Shown here: positions 35,364 through 41,267 of the stretch, piece after piece
Layout of the letters: every line of letters starts with the position of its first letter
Position numbering within the stretch: the stretch's first letter is position 1
Assembly (NCBI RefSeq): GCF_006345805.1
Contig: NW_021835384.1
Coordinates: 1 to 41,267, forward strand
DNA from: Octopus sinensis
Taxonomy: Eukaryota
Length of the DNA stretch: 41,267 nt
Direction of reading: 5' to 3'
The notes under the pieces: generated by a model
The model's database searches: none
Told to the model about the DNA's origin: nothing
What the model saw: the letters and a program-made list of their open reading frames with translations, nothing else
Position numbers and translations under genes: made by a program

Positions 35364-35949
35364 CTCACATCGTATACAAAATATATATTACAATATATAT
35401 TGTCTGTGTCAGTGACTCTGTGTGAATGACATATATATGTATGAATATTCGATATATTAGTTTATATGTGTGTGTGGGTGTATGTATGTATGTATGTATG
35501 TATCTATGCATGTATGTATCTATGTATATATATATATATATATATGCATGCTTCTATGGGTACACATGTGTGTGTATGTGTACGTCTGTATGTGTGTGTG
35601 TGTGCGTATACATTCAAAGGTATACTGAGAATACACATGTATTTGCATACGTACATTCAATTAACAGGTGAGGGTGTTCAACCCATGGGTATGCGGATCA
35701 TATTGGATTAATTACAGGTATTTGTAAGATTGCCAAAGTAAAATCGTTTCAACACAACCGCCGCGTGCGCGTACACACTCATACACACCGATGCACACAT
35801 TAACGCATATATAAACGTACACAGACAAACAATTTTAACAGTTAGACGATCATACAAAAGTGGGAACACGAAAACATATATATACACCTACACAGAGACA
35901 CGCACCTACAACATGTGTGTATGTATCTGTGCGCGTTTACATATATATT

Positions 35950-36120
35950 GGCGTAGGAGTGGCTGTGTGGTAAGTAGCTTGCTTACCACCCACATGGTTC
36001 CGGGTTCAGTCTCATTGCGTGGCACATTGGGCAAGTGTCTTCTACTATAGCCTCGGGCCGACCAAAGCCTTGTGAGTGAATTTGGTAGAGGGAAACTGAA
36101 AGAAACCCGTCCTATATATG

Positions 36121-36180
<60 letters not shown>

Positions 36181-36388
36181 TGTGTCTGTGTTTGTCCTCC
36201 CCCCCAACATCACTTGACAACCAATGGTGGTGTGTTTACGTCCCCGTAACATAGCGGTTCGGCAAAAGTGATCAATAGAATAAGTACTAGGCTTACAAAG
36301 AATATGTCCTGGGATCAACTAAAGGCAGTGCTCCAGCATAGCCACAGTCAAATGAGTGAAACAAGTAAAACAGTAAAGAGTAAAGAGT
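35950..36388 (+). mobile_element. full-length family C SINE
   Basis: Same head, core, internal (TG)n and (GTAAAGA) tail as 4843-5265. Confidence 0.92.
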
Positions 36389-36835
36389 ATATATATATAT
36401 ATTTTTTATATATATATACACACACATACATATATATATATATTTATATATATATACACACACATACATATATATATATATATTTATATATATATATGGA
36501 TGGACGGACGGATGGATCGATGGATCGATGGACATACACATATAATATACTCAAACACACGTATATTCATATATACACTTTAGCACCCACCTATAAATAT
36601 CTCACAACCCATACATATGCGCTCTGGCAATGCCGTAAACACACACTAAAGAATGTCACACATGTACACCCATACCTACAGACACACACAACACGCACAC
36701 ATACACACACACAAACATACAAATAATTAGATACACATTCACTTATTTAGATATTCATATTGGCGTGTTTGTGTGAAATAAGACACGTTTTTTTTTTTCA
36801 ATTTTAAGAAAACTTGCGTAATGAAGATATGTGTG

Positions 36836-36868
<33 letters not shown>

Positions 36869-36954
36869 TCTGTCAGTGTATGTGTGTGTGCGTGTGTATA
36901 GGTGTGTCTATGTGTGTGTGTATGTGCATGTATGTATTTATGTATATGCAAACA

Positions 36955-37144
36955 TGAAGACACAAAGAGAAAACACAACAAGCCGAGGACGTGGAAGAAA
37001 TATAGTATTATTGGACGCTCAGGAAGGAAGGAAAGAAGGAGGGCTTAACGTTTCGAGCGGAGCTCTTCGTCAGAAACATGGAAAAGAAAAATCCAAGAAG
37101 GGAAGACGGAGGAAAAAAATCGCCAACGGTACACACGCGGTCAC
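36955..37144 (-). mobile_element. short hammerhead-bearing repeat (family HB)
   Basis: Related in inverse orientation to 38238-38390 (CCTGAGCGTCC, TTCCTCC.TCTTCC shared). Confidence 0.7.
37044..37077 (-). ncRNA. minimal hammerhead motif
   Basis: GTTT CTGACGA A GAGC tcc GCTC GAAA CG TT AAGC. Confidence 0.7.
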
Positions 37145-37162
37145 ATATATATATATATATAT

Positions 37163-37230
<68 letters not shown>

Positions 37231-37231
37231 C

Positions 37232-37263
<32 letters not shown>

Positions 37264-37305
37264 ATATATATATATTATATATAAAAACATGATGCCAAGG
37301 ATTCA

Positions 37306-37383
37306 GCGGTACATATGTTTCGGGCCTTTATTAGACAGATTTATAACAATGCATAATGTATGTCTGTGGCCTTCTTCAGCCGC
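37306..37383 (-). ncRNA. minimal type-I hammerhead ribozyme motif (inverted copy)
   Basis: Reverse complement of 37912-37989. Confidence 0.75.
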
Positions 37384-37911
37384 GCACAACAGCTTCCACA
37401 AGGACATGTGTTACATCAAAAATCCTTGGTTGGGGATGCAAATCCTCTCATTCGCGTACGACATAATGCGGCAACAGCATAGAATTGAAGCGTCCATCTC
37501 TTTCTTCTCTCAATGTAGAATGAGGAAATTTTCTATTTCTATTTTTACTTTATAACCTTATGCCTTTATATTCATTTATATTTCTTTATATTCTTTATAT
37601 CCCCTTTATATCTCCTTATATCTCTTTATATCTTTATACTCTACATTTTTATATTTTTCTATACTTACACTTTTTATGTATTTTTTATCCTTCGTCCTGA
37701 ATTCTCGCCCCTCCATCTTCACGTCTATATATGTATTTATTTATTTACATTACTTCAACATCCAAATTTCCTCATTCTACATTGAGAGAAGAAATAGATG
37801 GACGCTTCAATTCTATGCTGTTGCCGCATTATGTCGTACGCGAATGAGAGGATTTGCATCCCCAACCAAGAATTTTTGATGTAACACATGTCCTTGTGGA
37901 AGCTGTTGTGC

Positions 37912-37989
37912 GCGGCTGAAGAAGGCCACAGACATACATTATGCATTGTTATAAATCTGTCTAATAAAGGCCCGAAACATATGTACCGC
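37912..37989 (+). ncRNA. minimal type-I hammerhead ribozyme motif
   Basis: GCGG CTGAAGA A GGCC [AGACA...TGTCT] GGCC C GAAA CATATG TA CCGC; stem I GCGG/CCGC, palindromic stem III ACATATGT, predicted cut after GUA at 37985. Confidence 0.78.
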
Positions 37990-38091
37990 TGAATCCTTGG
38001 CATCATGTTTTTATTTTGATCAATTTACTCCACCACCTACACCACCAAACGGTATACACAGGTGCTTATAATTATCAAGTACTCACCCCGA

Positions 38092-38146
<55 letters not shown>

Positions 38147-38157
38147 ATAATATATAT

Positions 38158-38209
<52 letters not shown>

Positions 38210-38237
38210 CCCATTTCCTTCGGGTCATTTCAAAATG

Positions 38238-38390
38238 TAACCACATGTGAATCGTTGCCGATTTTCTTCCTCCATCTTCCTTTCTATTGGACTTTGCTCT
38301 GTTTTTGAAGAAGAGCGTTGTTCGAAACGTTAAACCATCTTTCTTTCCTCCCTGAGCGTCCGCATTGTTGCTTTTTTTTGTCTTTGCTCA
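38238..38390 (+). mobile_element. family HB repeat with decayed hammerhead (38301-38335)
   Basis: GTTT TTGAAGA A GAGC gtt GTTC GAAA CG TT AAAC; core C>T, stem I GTTT/AAAC intact. Confidence 0.65.
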
Positions 38391-38520
38391 TATTTTTGGG
38401 GATTTGCTATATATGTGTGTGTGTGTATTTACTGCACTGTTCTGTGAGAGATAAATATTTAATAAACACAGTATATATTTTCATGAGCTACTAATTGTTT
38501 CAGGTGATATATACACATAC

Positions 38521-38961
38521 GCAAGTGTGGCTGTGTGGTAAGTAGCTTGCTTGCGAACGACATAGTTCCAGGTTCAGTCCCACTGCGTGGCCTCTTGGGC
38601 GAATATCTTCCACTATTGCCACGGGCCGACCAAAGACTTGTGAGTGGGTTCGGTAGACGGAAACTGAAAGAAGACCGTCGCATATATGTATATATATATG
38701 TGTGCGTGTGTGTGTGTGTGTGTGTGGTGTGTGTGTGTGTGTGTGTGCGTGTGTTTATGTGTCTATGTTTGTCCCCCAGCATCGCTTGATAACAGATGGT
38801 GGTGTGTTTACATCCCCGTAACTTAGCGGTTCGGCAAAAGACCGATAGAATAAGTACTAAGCTTCCAAAGAATAAATCCTGGGGTCGACTTGCTCGACTA
38901 AAGGCGGTGCTCCAGCATGGCCGCAGTCAAATGACTGAAACAAATAAAAGAGTAAAAGAGT
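38521..38961 (+). mobile_element. full-length family C SINE
   Basis: Same structure as 4843 and 35950 copies. Confidence 0.92.
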
Positions 38962-38998
38962 ATACATATGTACGTATGTATGTATGTGTGTATGCATG

Positions 38999-39032
<34 letters not shown>

Positions 39033-39046
39033 TGTATGTATGTATG

Positions 39047-39492
39047 TAGGAGGGATGTCAGGAAGGGCATCGCTGTTACACTTCCTGATGGGAAGGGTCT
39101 TCCTATGATGCTGACATGCAGTGTCTGTGCAAGACCCTACCTCAGTAAAGCTGAACTCAAGAGTCATCTTCGTAGTCATAAAGCGTGACAGATGACAACC
39201 CGGCCACTGGTGGTGGTGTAACACACCATACTAATCATATGTGTCGGGCATGTGGAAGAGAGTGTAATTTGGCAGGAGGACTTAAACGACATGCAAAGGT
39301 ACATGAAGCCCAGTTACAACTACAGCTGGCTACTGCTGGTAAAGGTTTTAGCTGCCAGTTTTGTACAAGACATTGTAGATCTTTAGCTGGGCTAAAAAGT
39401 CACATTCGACCACAGCATCAGTAACAGTTAAGCTTCGTGCAATGGCCATACTCGATAAGGAGGGGGCAGCCATAACATCATAATAATAAGAA
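39047..39492 (+). mobile_element. 3' end of RTE-type LINE with three C2H2 zinc-finger motifs, inside (TATG)n
   Basis: CSVC...LKSHLRSH, CRAC...LKRHAKVH, CQFC...LKSHIRPQH with a frame break at ~39186; short UTR GGCCATACTCGATAAGGAGGGGGCAGCC plus (ATA/ATC)n tail. Confidence 0.65.
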
Positions 39493-40031
39493 CGTATGTA
39501 TGTATGCATGTATCTGTGTATGTTTGTATGTATGTATGCATGTTTGCATATATGCTTTATATATGTACGTAAAATTACATGGATGATCAATAATGATAGC
39601 TGATATAAATGTTGGCTGTTTGGTTGGTTGTTTCATTCCTCCAGTCGTGCTTTGCATCTTACAGAGAGAAGAGGGGAGAGAATAAGAGGGATTAACATAA
39701 AAGATACCAGATGAGTGTCCTGTAATTTTCAGAAAAAATTTCCACACACATTTTATGAAATTTTTACGAGATATGTTTAAGATTGTACAGATTGCGATTA
39801 CTTCGATAAAATTTGGAAAGCTGATAACATTTATTGCAAATCTACAAATGAGAAGTTTGTTTCATTTGATTTGATTTTAAAGTAATAATTTTTTTTTTTT
39901 TTTGAAAATTTGTATTTCTTTCATTATTATTTTGTATAAAAGTCAATAAATTTGATAGAATTTGAATTAATAATTGCACATACACACACGCACAAGCACG
40001 TGCACACACACACACACACGCACGCACGCCG

Positions 40032-40066
<35 letters not shown>

Positions 40067-40146
40067 GTGTGTGTGTGGTGTGTGTCGGCTTGCGTGCGTG
40101 TGTGTGTGTGTGTGCACGTGCTTGTGCGTGGTATATATATATATAT

Positions 40147-40450
40147 GAGAAGGCACATTGCCTAGTGGCTAGAGCAGCGGACTCGCGGTCGAGGGATCGC
40201 AGGTTCGAATCTCAGACCGGACGATGTGTGTGTTTATGAGCGAAACACCGAAGCTCCACGCGGCTCCGGCAGAAAGGTAATGGCGAACTTCTGATCACTC
40301 TTTCGCCACAACTTTCTCTCACTCTTTCCTCCTGCATCTTGCAGCTCACTTGCGACGGACCGGCGTCCCGTCCAGGTGGGGAACCTATACGTCAAGGAAA
40401 CGGGAAACCGACCCTATGAGACAGGCGGGGCTCGGGAAAGAACAAACAAT
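40147..40450 (+). mobile_element. family V SINE (head B)
   Basis: GCCTAGTGGCTAGAGCAGCGGACTCGCGGTC...GGTTCGAATCTCAGACCGG...TGCGACGGACCGGCGTCCCGTCCAGG; related to 20688-20995. Confidence 0.9.
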
Positions 40451-40768
40451 ATATATATATGCTGTTTCCTGATATTACCTATCGTAGCAAAAGTATATTT
40501 CCAAAATCAACCGTTATATATCGGGTAATGTTCTAGTATATAGGCACTTATGTCGTTATTTTGAATATGGAGATATATGCGCGCACATGCGCGTCTGTGT
40601 ATGTGCGTGTGTGTGCGTGTGAGTACTATACACATGCACAGTCATACAAATACATATAAACGCATAAGCATTTATATGCACATATATACGCCCACACACA
40701 CATGCACACAAAGATCTGTAAATTTATGTGTGTTGGCTTGTAGGTATGCGTCTGTGCAGATAAGTACC

Positions 40769-40801
40769 TAGATAGATAGATAGACAGACAGACAGATAGA
40801 C

Positions 40802-40891
<90 letters not shown>

Positions 40892-40925
40892 ATGGACGGA
40901 CGGGCGGACAGACAGACAGACAGAC

Positions 40926-40999
<74 letters not shown>

Positions 41000-41000
41000 G
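40769..41000. repeat. (GATA)n/(GACA)n microsatellite
   Basis: Direct reading. Confidence 0.97.
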
Positions 41001-41267
41001 TTGGTAGGCAGGTACTTGAGTTTTGGGTAGGTAGATAATAATATAGATATATACGCATATATAAATATTAATATATATATCATGTCTTTATGCATGCTGG
41101 GAGTATGATATTACAATTAACCAATGTCAAAACAATCCATTGGTCGATAAGCTGTTGCTTCCTGGTTTTGTGAACCTCTTGAATTCAGAGGGGCTGAATA
41201 AGCGAATCCTGACTATGGCTTTAACGAAGAGCGTAAAAAATCGATTGGCTGAGTCGATGTCATGTCT

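Larger units (their letters stand above)
37281..38098 (+). mobile_element. young (TA)n-embedded Penelope-like insertion with 251-bp inverted pseudo-LTR
   Basis: Arms 37281-37531 and 37764-38014 differ at two positions seen; 232-bp T/C-rich spacer; 3' extension to (TA)n at ~38098. Confidence 0.85.

Noticed and set aside
37289-38006. Twin 83-88-aa ORFs MMPRIQRYICFG... on opposite strands
   Set aside because: By-product of the inverted repeat; antisense to the ribozyme motif, no recognisable domain.
40147-40222. tRNA-like sequence (also SINE heads at 7593, 20995, 21243, 24433)
   Set aside because: A/B boxes present but no complete cloverleaf, and each continues into a SINE body.

Overview
Repeat-dense, AT-rich animal genomic DNA, almost certainly intronic or intergenic. 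It is inferred to be a coleoid cephalopod (Octopus-like) from the tRNA-derived SINE families and extreme (TA)n/(GATA)n/(TAA)n/(CA)n load. No intact protein-coding gene is supported; nearly all long ORFs in the track are microsatellite or SINE translations. A possible terminal coding exon lies at 1-96. Real content: about 30 SINE copies from at least four families; decayed non-LTR retrotransposons (five R4/Dong-type pieces in (TAA)n, two RTE-type 3' ends including one with three C2H2 fingers, one CR1/L2-group 3' end, a GATA-embedded LINE tail); Penelope-like remnants; a Tc1/mariner relic; and several hAT-type or fold-back MITEs. The most notable signal is a set of at least eight minimal type-I hammerhead-ribozyme motifs (CTGANGA...GAAAC...TH) in about five unrelated sequence families. 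One pair sits in a 251-bp near-perfect inverted repeat and another in direct repeats about 661 bp apart (retrozyme/Penelope pseudo-LTR architecture). A second highlight is a SINE forming ~182-nt head-to-tail multimers with the same self-complementary junction at several loci. All calls are from manual reading; no database search or folding was run.
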